Below are positions 32,448-45,300 of a DNA stretch of 64,000 bases, piece by piece (the stretch's first letter is position 1; each line of letters opens with the position of its first letter). Under the pieces are notes generated by a model. The model worked only from the letters and a program-made list of their open reading frames with translations. It had not been told where the DNA came from and ran no database searches. This stretch comes from a virus. Taxonomy: Duplodnaviria; Caudoviricetes. Both the position numbers and the translations under genes were made by a program. Where the stretch lies: positions 9,619 to 73,618 of the IMG/VR virus record IMGVR_UViG_3300021399_003033; one strand, 5' to 3'.

Positions 32448-34517
32448 TTATCCCTCTACAAACTCATAAGCATGGAAGTTACCATTTTTATCTACATATC
32501 CCGCATCAGTATATAAGGCTTTTATGTCATCTGCGGAAAGAGCAGTCGCATAGACGCGAAAATCTGAAAGACTGCCTAAAAAACTTTCTGAACTTGCCAT
32601 ATATCCTGCAAGATGCCAATTGGTTGATGACATTGTGAGTGATGCTCCTGTAGATGAGTGATCTGTCGTTCCTACTTGAGCTCCATCTATATACATTGTC
32701 ACGACTCCATTGCTAAATGTAAATACAACATGATGCCAAACATTATCTGTTAGTATCTTAGTTGTATATGTTCCATATACATTAGTAGATGCTACTTTTA
32801 TGTAGTACCATACACTAGTAGCAGATGCTATTCGTATTCTAGCAAATGAGTTTTCTCCTAAGCTCCATAAATTTGGAGCAGTACTATTTAAAGTATTAGT
32901 CTTAAACCAAATACTAACACTCATTTGTGGTACTGTAACACCACTTTCCCAAACAGCTGTAAGAGTAATAGTATCTGTATTAGTTACAAATTTAGTAGAA
33001 TAATTATACTTAGCAGAATCAGTACTAATAGTAATTCCCGAAGCTATTCCATTATACTTATATCCTGAAGTATCATATACTGTATTTCCACTATTATAAT
33101 CATCTACTAATTTTACACCAGCTAAAGCTACATTACTATATGTAAAGAATCGAAGATATCTACAGCATTTTAATCTATTAACATTATTTGGAATAAATGT
33201 AGCGGTTTTAAAAGTCCAGTTTGCTATTGAATTTAAAGCAACTCCTCCAAATGGATAGTAGTATGTAGATCCTTCAGTAGCTTGACAAATTTTAGTTCCT
33301 GCAGGTCTAGGTTTTCCGGTAAAAGCAGAATTTAATGTTATAGTATTATTAGTCTTATTTATTTTACTCTTATCAGCTTTAGTTCCAAATGCAGGAGAAT
33401 CTGCTGTATACTCCATATCTGGATATGTATAACCAGTACTATCCTAATAGCCAAATATAGCTACATGATAATAGTAGTTATCAGTTGCTGTAGTCCAAGC
33501 ACTTAAATTCGTTGCATATATAACAGTATCGCCAGGATTTAAAGGCTGAGCTAAAGTAGTTACATATGAATTATTAAAACCTTCTGTACAATTGTATACC
33601 TGTATAAACTTTTTATCTACATCATATGGGAGTAGACTCGGATATGTTGTACCCGAGGTAGCTCCCGTAGACTTTAAATAAGCACTAAAGGTATATTGAT
33701 GATATCTACCTATTGGAATATATTCATTAGTAGTATTATTCCAATATTTAGCTTTTATAGTAGATTGTCCAGATGGTAAATCTGATGTGGAATAGTTAGA
33801 ATTTGCCCAGTTTTCTTGACCACTTTCTCCAAAACCATTAAGGATCAAATTACCAGAACTATATTTATCATTTAAAGGATAATGTAAAATTAATCCTTTA
33901 GATAATTCTTTCGCCTCTTTTGCGGAAAGAGCATGATCATAAATACGTAAATCATTTAATAACATATTAGTCTAATAACCAGTTCCATTATTACCTACTC
34001 CAATAGTAATATGAGATATGTCTGCAAAATTAGGTATTATTGTAGTAGAAAAATCTTTTGTTAACTATCCATTTGTATATATTTTACAATATCCTTCAGA
34101 ATAAGTAAAAGTTAAATGATACCACTCATTCAAATTTAAAGAAGGTGTTAAACAACTTGCATTTGTAGCAGAAGAACCATTACTTATAGTAAAACAAAAA
34201 GTCTAAGCATTATTATTTCTTAAAATACCAAAAATATAATTATCCCATGGGATAGAACCCAATCCTGCCTAAAATACAGTTGCATAATTAGTATTCCAAG
34301 TTAAAAATTTAACCCAAAAACTAACTGAACATTCATGAAAACTAGTCATACATTCTTTTGGTAAAGTTAAATAAGATCTTCCTGTGCCAAAACTATAACA
34401 TTTACCAATTTTTCCAGCATTATTTATAGTTGCACCATTATTAGTGACTGTTATGGATCCATCTAATCCATAATTTTTTAAATCTCCATCAAGAGGTAAC
34501 CAAACCTACAAAGACAT
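32448..34517 (-). CDS. tandem LamG/concanavalin A-like lectin protein, 689 aa, several TAGs
   Basis: MSL(TAG)VWLPLDGD...SVSFWV...WYHLTFTY...CKIYTNG...NDLRIYDHALS and a second domain WHHVVFTF...MYIDG...SDFRVYATALS. Confidence 0.8.
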
Positions 34518-34533
34518 ATTAAATTACCTCCTT

Positions 34534-37500
34534 TTATACAAAACTAAATACAATACTCTCAGTAGTAGCATCATATTTAATTAATCCATGATCATTTATT
34601 CTATATTGATTAACATTTAATGTTTTAGTACCTGAATTATATATAAATTTATCATCTGAAACTCTTTTTGTTTCTATTGTATTATCAGAAAACCAAACAT
34701 GAGTAAATTCATCATCACCAGAAGCTGGAGTTGCATTTACACCATTACTTAAATCAGCTGTTCCTTTAAAGAAAGCATTTCCTGCAGTATTTATATAAGC
34801 AACCCACTTTGAATGTTTAGAAGACCACATTCCAGAATTTCCAGAATTTGCATTAATAAAACTAATTTTATTAGATCTAGAACTATCTGTATTTTCTACT
34901 GCAATACCTGCATCTTGATTACCAGTATTAGTAAATATTTTTAACCCTGATAAAGTTTGCGTAGCGGTCGTAATAAGACCAGCTAATGTGGTAGATGCAG
35001 CAGGGACAGTAAGTTCATTTACATCTTGATTACTAGTATTTTTTACTTTAACAGCATCTCCATTTGGAGCAGTAATATTAATTTTATAATTTGTTGTACT
35101 TGTAGTTTCTTTGAAGGTAAATGGATACTTAGAAATAAAATTATTACCTATGGAATCCGCATATGCTTTATCTGCACTAGAAGAAGTTGCAGTATAAACA
35201 CTAAATTTACCATCCATAAAAGCAAAAATTGGATGTTCTGGTTGTAAATATAAATTAGTTGTAGAATACATTGTACCAAGTAAAATATAATGATAACCAT
35301 CTGCTGATTTTGGAATTGTTTGAGTTAAAGGTGTTGTTGATATTGGAGTAAAAGTTGTTCCAGATAAAGTACCTTTAATATATATTGGTTTATAAGCAGT
35401 ATATGTTCCAGACTAAGTGGTTGTTATATTAAACTACTGTACAAAATAGTTATTATTACCTGTTGCATTTGCAGCAATATTTGAACCAGCATATAAAATT
35501 GGATAATTAATTTCAAAAGCTGTACCATTTTTTAAATGATGATATTTACTTGCAGAATTAGCTACAATAATATTGCCACCTGTAATAGCTTCTGCATCAT
35601 TTAAAATAGCCGCCTAATATCTTAAAAGATAATAACTATCTGCATCGCCATTTTCCTACAATCCATTAGAATAACCATTAAGTTCAATAATACCATTATA
35701 ATTAGTTGAACCTGTTCCTGGAATTGAAGCATATTTTGTTGCAGTATTAAAAAATTCAAAAGTACAATTTTCTGCTTCTAGTACATCAACAGTCATTGTT
35801 CTTTCAAAATTTGCTGTTGTTGGATTATTAGAAGATCTTAATCCAACACCAAAGACATGTCCATAGGTAGAATAACCAGCTTCTTTTGCTGTATAAATTA
35901 CATGATAATATAAAGATCTGTAACTTGTACTATAATGATTATTAAAAATCTTATATCCAAGATATGTACTTCTACTACCCCAAATTTCAACATCAAAATA
36001 TCCAGAATAATTATGATAATTACTTGCTGATGTATTTGGAATAATAACTTTAACTCTATATCTTATTTTCCAAACATTATAATAGTTTGTTGGTTTAATA
36101 TTACCAAAATAAAAAGTTCCATTAGCCTAATTATTTTCACTAGCTAAAATTCCAGTAAATGTTTTACTACCTAAAATAACTTTACCCTAAAAAGAGGTAA
36201 CTAATTGAACATCACCATTGCCATCTATATAAACTGGCTAAGATTCACTACCTCTAGCAGACTAAGCTTTTATAATATTATAAGTAGTACCATTTGCACC
36301 TGCTGTAGTATGCCCATAAGTATATTTTAAAAGATTTCCAGAAGTCCATAATGTATTCCAATTATTACCATTTACAAAATGTAAACCTTCTGTACAAGCA
36401 TCTGTCTAATCTGCTAAATAAATACCATTAACTCCAATAAGATCAGAATTTTGAGCATCTAATCCAGAGACATGATTTTCAGCATAATACTAATTGCTCT
36501 TTAATTTTAATAATCCTGTCATTGTATCACCAGCTCTTTTAACAAAAGCTGGTTCAAGAGTTGCATAAGCATCATTATTAGCTTTTTTAATTACAAATTT
36601 AGTATTAGTTGAATCAAGAGTAATACTAAAAGGATATGTACTAATAAATTCATTACCAAAGCTATCTTTTTGTGCTTGAGTAGCTAATCCATTAAAATTA
36701 GTAGCATATATATTAGCCCATTTATTTCCAGAAGTTCCAATAGAGCCAGTATTATTAGAAGCAGGATAAAAACTCGGTGTGCTAGGATTCATCCATGCTT
36801 TAACTGTACCATTATAAGCATATCCAATCATTGCATTGGTATCATCACGCATATTAAAAATTAAACGCCCAGCATCAGAAGCATCTAACTAATAATAAAT
36901 ATCTGCGGCGTCCGTAGAACCAGACCAGGTAATTTTCTTCGCTTTAACTGGATATGAATCTCCATTTGATATAGCCTAGAAAGTTATATCTCCAGTCATT
37001 GTTCCACCAGCAAGTGGAAGAAAAGCAGGAGAAAGAGTGGTGTGATCATCTCCATTAGACGATTTTATTACAATTTTTGTTTTTGTATTATCTAATGCAA
37101 AGCTAAAAGGATAAGTAGACACAAAACTATTTCCTAATTCATCTGCTATAGCATTAGTTGCAATACCATCAAAGCGAGTTGCAGTAATAGTTCCAGTAGA
37201 AGGAGTCATTGTAATTGGATTTGTTTCTGCAATAATACCATATACTACTGTAGAACCAGATGTTATACTTGCGGCCGCTGTTCTAGAACCAATAATAGGA
37301 TAAGTTCCATCTTCATTTTTATATATACGAACCTATGTATTTGTATTACTATCATAGTCAGCTCTACGCCAACCATTATTATAATAAGTTAAAATAATGG
37401 GTGTATTAACAGCAAAATGAGTTGTCAATTTAGATGTATTTGTATAATAACAAGTAACCGCGCCTAATCCATTAATATTTAATGTTGTTGTACTAGCACC

Positions 37501-39009
37501 TGCTTTTTTAGGCACATATATAATAGTTAATCCTTCATAATAAGAAGTAATAGCTGAATTTGTACCAGTCCAAGTACCTGCTGCATCAGAATCAGAACCA
37601 ACTACATAATATAAAGTTTCTCCAATATATATATCTGAAGCACCAGTAAATTGTTTGTTTTCTCCAATAAAAAGAGTACCTTCTAATAACATAGCAATAG
37701 AAGCTTTATCTGCTAATGTTGCTTCATCAGCCTTACCTTTTAAATTACCATAAAAATTAGAAGTTGCTTTTATGTTTGGCGCGATAAAATATTCTCCACC
37801 CTAATTGCCAATAAGAGTTAAAGAAGCTGGAGACTATATAGTATCATGATCAGAAAATAATAACTTAATATTTTGATTTGCCGCACTATTCTAAAAAACT
37901 ATTTGCGGACCAGTACCATCATATGCATTACTATTTGTGGTTGTTTTTTTAATAATTAAATCTCCAGTTAAAGTTCCACCAGTAAGAGGCAAAAAATTAA
38001 AAGTATATGTTCCAAAATCACTTCCATCTGGAGTTTTTATTACTAAATTAGTTTTAGCACTATTCTAACTAAAAGCAAAAGGATAAGTTGTAATAAAATT
38101 ATGTCCTGCTCTATCAGTAACAGCCTAATCTGCAATACCAGTTAAATTACCAGTAACATTTCCTATTACATTACCAACAACATTACCTGTTAAATTTGCA
38201 TATAAATCTCCAATAATTCTAGCAGAACCATTAACTAAAAGCTCTCCTGCAGTTAAATCATCAACCAAAAGAGAACCAGTAATATGTCCGCCATTTAATG
38301 GAAGAAAACGTGGTGATAAAGTAAATAAAGTGTCTGTATTTTGAGCTTTAACAATTATACTTGTTTTCTCATTATCTAATTCAAAAGTATATGGATATTT
38401 ACTTATAAATTCATTTCCAACACTATCTGCTTTAGCTTTAGATGCTGTACCAGTAATATTCTCAGCAACAAGAGTTTTTGTTGATGGATTATAAGTAAAA
38501 TTAGTATTATATACTGGTTTACCATTTGCACTAGTATGAGCAAACCAAATTGGTCTTGCAGAATTACTACCTGCAGATTCAATTCCAGAATATAAAAATC
38601 CAGAACTTTTATCTATAGTAATGCCAGATTTAAAAGTTTTTAATCCAGTAATTTCTTGCGCGGCGTTCGTTATAAGGCCCGCATGATCAGCGTCCGCATT
38701 TACTACGTCAATCGTACTAACATCATCTTTTGAAAAAGATGTTATTTTAATTTTAAAACTTGTACCAGTTGATTCAGTATCAAAATAAAAAGGATATTTA
38801 TTTATAAATACATTTCCTGCGCTATCGCTTTCTGCTGAATCAAGTCCGCTCATTACTATTCTTTTAGTAATTGATGAACTAATAGGCGCATCAAAAATAA
38901 TCTATCCTTTTTCGCCATCTATTGCAAAATATACATCACCGCGACTTATTGGTTTATTTGTTAAATCACTTAATTTACCAGTCAGAAAATGTAATTTGTC
39001 AACAGCCAT
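34534..39009 (-). CDS. giant modular tail fibre protein, 1491 aa, about 20 TAGs
   Basis: AAGGAGG RBS; five track fragments share one frame; six repeats of D..GN.F...YPF; LPL.GG..TG motifs typical of tail fibres. Confidence 0.8.
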
Positions 39010-39098
39010 CAAATATCCTCCTTTTTATTATATTTTTCTCTATATAGAAAATTAAAAATATAAAAATATTATTAATATCTTTTGTCCAAAAACAAAAA

Positions 39099-39135
39099 TA
39101 AGGGGAAATTTACTATAAAAGTAAATTTCCCCTTA
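39099..39135 (-). terminator. intrinsic terminator
   Basis: 16-bp perfect stem TAAGGGGAAATTTACT/AGTAAATTTCCCCTTA with a U-tract on the minus strand. Confidence 0.75.
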
Positions 39136-39139
39136 CAAA

Positions 39140-39880
39140 TTAATTATGTGTTATATCAGTCCAGTATAATTTAAAACCATCATTTACTCTTTTAGCTGCC
39201 GCTAATATAGCAGAAAGAGTATCTGCACTATAATCATAACCCTCTGTTAAAGTATAATAAGTCTAATTTTCTTGATATACTATTGGAGCTTTTGTATATC
39301 CTCCATCAGCAGTTCTGATATAATAAATAACTGGATTGGTACTATTTTTATTTTCATTAAACTAAGCTTCAGTAAGATCGATTCTATTATATCCTAAAAT
39401 ATTAAGTCCATTTAATACTTTACTTGTTGTTGGAATAGTATTTAAATTATAAATTAAATATTTTCCACTTTCATCGACATTAAAGAAACGAATTGAATAT
39501 ATTACATCGCCAGCAGCTTTAGTTGCCTCACCTTCGATGCACCAAGGAATTAGCATTTTATCAACATCGTGAAAAGTCTCTATGTCATAATAAGGGACGA
39601 CATAAAGACGTCCCTCTTTTGCGGCATTTATATATTGAATTACACACGCTGTTGTTGACATATCCATGTTATTAAAAAATCTATCAACTCTAAAATAAAT
39701 AGTCTCAGATGCATGGTCGTCAAGTACACTTAAAAATTCTGGCGCTTCAACAGTTCGAGAGTTTAAATCTATATCATAGATCGGCTCATCATGTGGGAGT
39801 AAAGTTGCTAGCGTAGGAATATTATTTGTTTCTGCGATTTTAAACATATTCGCAAAATATTCTTCAGCACTAGTAATCAT
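39140..39880 (-). CDS. BppU-like baseplate protein, 246 aa, 2 TAGs
   Basis: IYFRVDRFF..MD...CVIQY...W.I...AT..AG.V..SIRF pattern; read-through ends at TAA 39140-39142. Confidence 0.6.
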
Positions 39881-39899
39881 ATATTTACTCCTTTAAACA

Positions 39900-42002
39900 T
39901 TAGACTACGAAGAAAACATCGCTTATTGTAGAAGCATCTGTTCCATTCTTATAGTTAGTTACTACGCAGAAATATTTTCCAGCATGATTCGGAACAAAAT
40001 TATAATTAGTTCCTGGATTACCATCTTCTTCAACATTACATTTTCTATCATCAGTAGAAACAATTACAGGCTTTCCTGTTTCAGGATCAATATCATATTT
40101 TTTCTTATCTGGATATTCATCATAAGTCTCATACCACTGATATTCAATTCTATCAGAAATATTCCATTGTGTTGACCAAGATGGAGTAATAACAACTTTT
40201 ATTAAATTTGGTAATTGATCAACATTATTAAAATTAACTTTTGTTTGATCTTCATTGATAGGATATCCAAGTTCTGGTGCTTCAGCAGGATAAGAAAGTC
40301 TTGCTTCTTTAGATTCTGTTTCAACACTCTTACCATTTTTAGTATTAATAACTTTTACTTTATAATATCCTTCAACTTCTTTTGCAGGTTTATCAGCATC
40401 AAAAGTAAGAGTTAAACTATTTGAATTTGGTGCATCTTGGATTTTAGCATATTCGACGCCATCTTCTCCACTACGATGATACCATTCATAACTTAAAACA
40501 CCTTTATGAGTATGATTATAAGTTTCAGTATTATCTGGTTTAACCTCTAAGGATACAGTATTTCCAGCAGTACCGCCTTTATTAAGAATATAATTCTTTC
40601 CATCTGGATTTAAATTATTTGCATCTGTAATAACAGGTACGATTGGCTTTGGAACTATAAACATTTCAGAATCAAGGCTAGCAGTATTAGACTTAGCTTT
40701 TCTATTATAAGCAGTTGCATAGAATTTACCAACTTGATAAACTTTTAATTCACTAAATTTCTCATAAAGTCCTTTATCTGCTGGAGTTTCTGCTAATTCA
40801 GTATTTAATTGACTAAGATCAAATGGTGTGAAAGTATCAATCTCTCCAGATCCACTACTACTATGACCTTCATAATAAACTTTGCTAGGCACTATTTCAG
40901 TATCTTTAGTCTTAAAGAACTCAATAGAAATCTTAGATTTAGAAGGATCACTATCTGTTCCAGCTGCATTAATTTCTCCAAAATCAGTATCAATATCTTT
41001 ATAAGTCCACTTATAAGAAATAATACCAGCATCTGTAGAAACAGCAGAAACATGAAGAGCTTCATATTCTTTACCATCTTCAATACCGGTTAAATCAATA
41101 TAGGTAATCTTATTTTCAGCATCATACCAAGCATATTTAGCAGTAAGATCTGTCCCATCACCAACTTTAGCATCTGCAGCATCTTGCTCTGCATTGTAAA
41201 GATATAATGGCTCTAATGCAACTTCCTGTCCAACAATCTTAGTTTCACTAGTAGCAATACGAGAAGAAATCTTATCATCAATACCATATTCAGTGATATA
41301 AGTTTGATCTCCAAGAGTGAAATTTAAAGAACTCATAATCTTTGCAGTCTGTGTTAAAGTTGCAAAGCTATAAAGTAATTTACTAAGATCACCGCCTTCG
41401 CTTCTATAGAAACGAACTGCAAATTCAATATTTCCAGCATTACCAGTTATAGCAGAAGAAATAGCCCAACCAAAAATAATTTTATTAGGCTGACTTTCAA
41501 TATCAATTACCCAAGGAGTAGATACTCCAGTAGAGCCATCTGCGGCCTTCCACTGAATATAAATATCAGCAGTATCTAAATCCATTGCATCATAGAATCT
41601 ATCAATGCGGAAATAAAGAACTTCTGCTAATTCATCACCTTGAACAGAAATTCCATCTTTGAATTCAGCAGGAACTGTAATTACACGGGTATTGGCATTA
41701 ATATCAAAGATTCCTTCATCAATTGGAAGCATTGTATATCTACGTCCAGAAGAATGAAGTCTTGTATATTTATCAGATGCTTTAGAACCGCCTAATTCAA
41801 GTAAATTAGGAAGATATTTAAAATACTCTTCAATAGTGGTAATTGGCTCAAGAGGTTCGTCATTTTCATCATATGGAAAAGGTGGTTCATAATTAGATTC
41901 TGATTCAACCTTTTCTTTTTCATAGTCAATTAAATCACGAGCGGCCTGGGCAAAACGGACTGTATATTTCTCAGCATTTGCTTGCGTAATTTTTGTAATC
42001 AC
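39900..42002 (-). CDS. BppU-like N-terminus + Ig-like domain baseplate/tail protein, 700 aa, TAG-free
   Basis: GTG start; LYFRIDRFYD.MDL...IYIQW; Ig-like motifs SYEWY...GYYKVKVIN and YQWY...GKYFCVVTN. Confidence 0.65.
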   Translation of the reverse strand: MITKITQANAEKYTVRFAQAARDLIDYEKEKVESESNYEPPFPYDENDEPLEPITTIEEYFKYLPNLLELGGSKASDKYTRLHSSGRRYTMLPIDEGIFDINANTRVITVPAEFKDGISVQGDELAEVLYFRIDRFYDAMDLDTADIYIQWKAADGSTGVSTPWVIDIESQPNKIIFGWAISSAITGNAGNIEFAVRFYRSEGGDLSKLLYSFATLTQTAKIMSSLNFTLGDQTYITEYGIDDKISSRIATSETKIVGQEVALEPLYLYNAEQDAADAKVGDGTDLTAKYAWYDAENKITYIDLTGIEDGKEYEALHVSAVSTDAGIISYKWTYKDIDTDFGEINAAGTDSDPSKSKISIEFFKTKDTEIVPSKVYYEGHSSSGSGEIDTFTPFDLSQLNTELAETPADKGLYEKFSELKVYQVGKFYATAYNRKAKSNTASLDSEMFIVPKPIVPVITDANNLNPDGKNYILNKGGTAGNTVSLEVKPDNTETYNHTHKGVLSYEWYHRSGEDGVEYAKIQDAPNSNSLTLTFDADKPAKEVEGYYKVKVINTKNGKSVETESKEARLSYPAEAPELGYPINEDQTKVNFNNVDQLPNLIKVVITPSWSTQWNISDRIEYQWYETYDEYPDKKKYDIDPETGKPVIVSTDDRKCNVEEDGNPGTNYNFVPNHAGKYFCVVTNYKNGTDASTISDVFFVV

Positions 42003-42168
42003 TATTAAATCCCAATCCTTTCTTTAAAATTTGCGCAAGCTCCCGTCCAAACATTCGTTTAAACGGGAACCCGCACGATCTTTGTTTTTTATAAAAACAT
42101 AAAATAATTTTTATCATAGTTATTTAAAAAAATAACTTAATATTATAATCTCTTTTGGCCTAAGTAAA

Positions 42169-42369
42169 TTATTTCTTTACTTCAATCCATTTTTTTACTT
42201 CTTCTTCTTTTACAGTTATAGTATCAACCCTCTGTTTTCCATCAGTAAGTTTTTTACCATACTCTGCAGTAAGACGAATGCGTTTAATGGCTGGCACACC
42301 TTCCAGCTCAATAGTTGTGGTAAGTGTGCCATTTGTGCCGAGATAAGTATATAAAGTTTCTTTAATCAT
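42169..42369 (-). CDS. small hypothetical protein (66 aa)
   Basis: GAGGT RBS; Y.YLGTNGTLTT.I.L motif; follows the giant gene. Confidence 0.7.
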   Translation of the reverse strand: MIKETLYTYLGTNGTLTTTIELEGVPAIKRIRLTAEYGKKLTDGKQRVDTITVKEEEVKKWIEVKK

Positions 42370-42388
42370 ATTTTCTTACCTCTCTATA

Positions 42389-45300
42389 TTAAACTTGTTC
42401 AAAAACAATATTTATTAAAGTAGAAGCGTCTGTTACGCCACTAATCTAAATACATTTTCCGCCATTTGGTCCACCAGTTTCAATCATATTACGTAATGCA
42501 GTATAATCACTAGCAGAAGTCTTAAAGGTTATTGTTGAAGGATATACATTAGCAAAACGCATAATAGCTTTACCAGAATTTCCTCCTATTAATAATTGAC
42601 AAGGATGATTATTATCTCCAATTACAATTTCTTTTGGACTATTTAAAATATTGGATACAACTCTTTCATCCATAAATTTAATATTACCACCGAAATATAA
42701 TGTTTTATTTGTCATTTCTGAATTAAAGCAGTTTGATAAAGCATATGTTCCAATAGAAATTAAATTATTCCAGTTAAAATTCATTGGTTTTAAACTACTA
42801 TCTTCAAAGAAAACATACTCACCTATCTAAGTAATAGAATCTGGTAATTCGCAAACTTTTAATTTAGACATTCTTGCAAAACAATATCTGTCTAAACTTA
42901 ATAATCTAGATGTTACATTCTATTGGAAATAAATATGAGTTACATCTTTACCAAAGCCACTTAAATTATAACATTCAATTCTAACAACAGGTGTTCCATT
43001 AATTTCTAATGGTAAAGTAATTTTTCCAGATAAATTGTAAGCATTTCCATTTTCATCAGTTCCAAGAGATAAAGCATATCCAGAAACACTCTATTGTTCA
43101 GAACTTGGTAAGAAAGGATCTACTACAACAGAAGCTGTTCTCCAAGAGAAGTATTTTAAATCAGTAACAGAATCATAAACAGATTCTTTTATAAAGCAAG
43201 CATAGAAAGTCATATCGGATGTTGAATAAACAAAATCAAGATTTACAGTTTTTGCAACACTTCTATTAGCTGCAATAACAGCTTTTTTATCTTGAGTCCA
43301 TCCAATAAATCTATATCTTTCTTCATCTCCAAGAGAACTCTCGTCAATAATTGGAACTATGGCTGGAGTTATTAATTTATCTCCATAAGGAATATAATCA
43401 GTTTGAACCTCAGTAAATCCAGTAGATTCTGTTCCGGTTTTAAATTCAATCTTAAATTTATGTTTTACGAAAATAACATAATATGTATATTCAAATTGGC
43501 CAGATACTAAATGACTAATTGTAGAATTATTCCATTCATTAGATCCATCAGATGTTTCTGAAGATAAAGAAACTAATGTTTCATCTTCTCGATTTACAAT
43601 ATTCCAACCTTTAAAGTCATAATTATCACGTTTGCCTTCATAAAGAGCAAAAGGATTACTAAAAGTATTTTTTGTAGAAGCTTCATTTACACCGATAACC
43701 TAAACACCTAAAGTCTTATAAGTTCCATCATCTTCCATAGAAATAAATCTTGCATGATATCCTTCATTAACATGCGCAAAATGGAAATGTAATTTCGGGA
43801 ATCCAGTGCTATCATTCATTAAAATATTTCTAATATCAGATTCATTAATGGCGGTTTCATTATTAACATAAATTTCACCAGTAATATTTGGTGTACTTGT
43901 TCCAGTAGAAGTTGTATTTTTGAAAATTATTTGAGTAATAAAATCTCTAAACATCTATACATCAGTAATTGTTAAAGCCTGTGCGGCCGCCACTTCAGTA
44001 TCTAACTTATAAATTTCTTTATTCTTTAAAGCTAATGCCCAATCTTCATCATTAGTATAAACGTAAGGTTTAAAACCATAATGGAAATCATCAACAAAAT
44101 ATTGAGTATTACTATCACGAACTTCTTCTTCATCAACAATTAAGTAAGGTGACCATTGGACATTTTCAAGATTAATCTTTAAATCACTATCCCAATTTCT
44201 AGCTTTTTTAATTTGATAAAGTACATTTATCATCTTATAAGTATCATAACCTAAATTACCACCGACAATAGAGAAGCTCTCAATATTTGTATTTGTATTA
44301 GCATTAATAGAATCAGAGTCAATTAAATTTGTTAATCCTTCAATATATAAACCAGGTCTTGCAATCCAAGAATCCATATCTCCATGGAAGTTTAATGCAA
44401 TTGCGTCAGCTGCCCAAGATGGGTTATCAGAAGCATTAGCATCATAAGTTTCCATCCAGATAGAAGGTTCTTTTGTAGTTAATACATTGGTCAAATTGGC
44501 TGCTTCAACTAATTCAACAGATTTAATTGTATTTGGTAAATATAATGTATTTAAAGCAACACCTTTAGCGAAAGTAACACCATCAATATTAGAGCCTAAA
44601 GCTTTAAATATCTCAAGTTTTTCTGAACTTGTAAATACGAAGTTTACAGAGTTGCTATCTTTAATTGTGCAGTTTGTTAAGTTAACTTCTTTAAGAAGAG
44701 GCTTACCAACACCTCTTTCAATATCCGCATCAAAGTCTGGATATTTTAAATTCTTATTAAAGAATTCTGGATCATCACAACCAAGTAAAATTCTTGATAA
44801 GTGAGTGGCTCCAGGAGCGTAGAATTCAGCATAGTAAAGTCTACTAATATCTCCAATATCTTTCAAACTCTTACCACCGAAAATATATACTAATTGCTCT
44901 GCATAATTAGGGCTTGTTAACATACCATTTACGATAGTTGTAGAGAATGGATAATCAACAACCTGACCATTAAATGCTCTAGATGGAAAAGCTTCATTAT
45001 CTGTTCCAAGAGTAACATAAGAGTTCTGATATGGAGTAAGACCGATAAATGTATCAGCATCAAGATAATTAGTCTTTTTCTTTCTACCTGTTTTATAAGT
45101 AGTAATACCATCAAGATAATATGGTGTATCAGGAATTAAGTTTGTATTGCTTCCAGCTGTACCAGTTACCCACTTATCTGAGTTATTATCTGGATAGCTG
45201 TTTGCGGACATACGTCCACGAATTGATGTACCCTCTGCTCTAGAATAGTCTCCTAATCCAAGCCAAGAATCAATGAAGTTAATACGTCTAGCAAGGAACT

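Noticed and set aside
31842-34517. Read-through or fusion of the LamG gene with the downstream 200-aa gene, which lies in the same frame
   Set aside because: They are separated by a TAA (32448-32450), and the second gene has its own GAGGG RBS and ATG. TAA read-through is not supported anywhere else.
25712-39009. Diversity-generating retroelement or invertible tail-fibre cassette
   Set aside because: No reverse transcriptase, invertase, adenine-specific TR/VR pair or inverted crossover sites were found. The shared patches are direct repeats whose differences are not limited to A.
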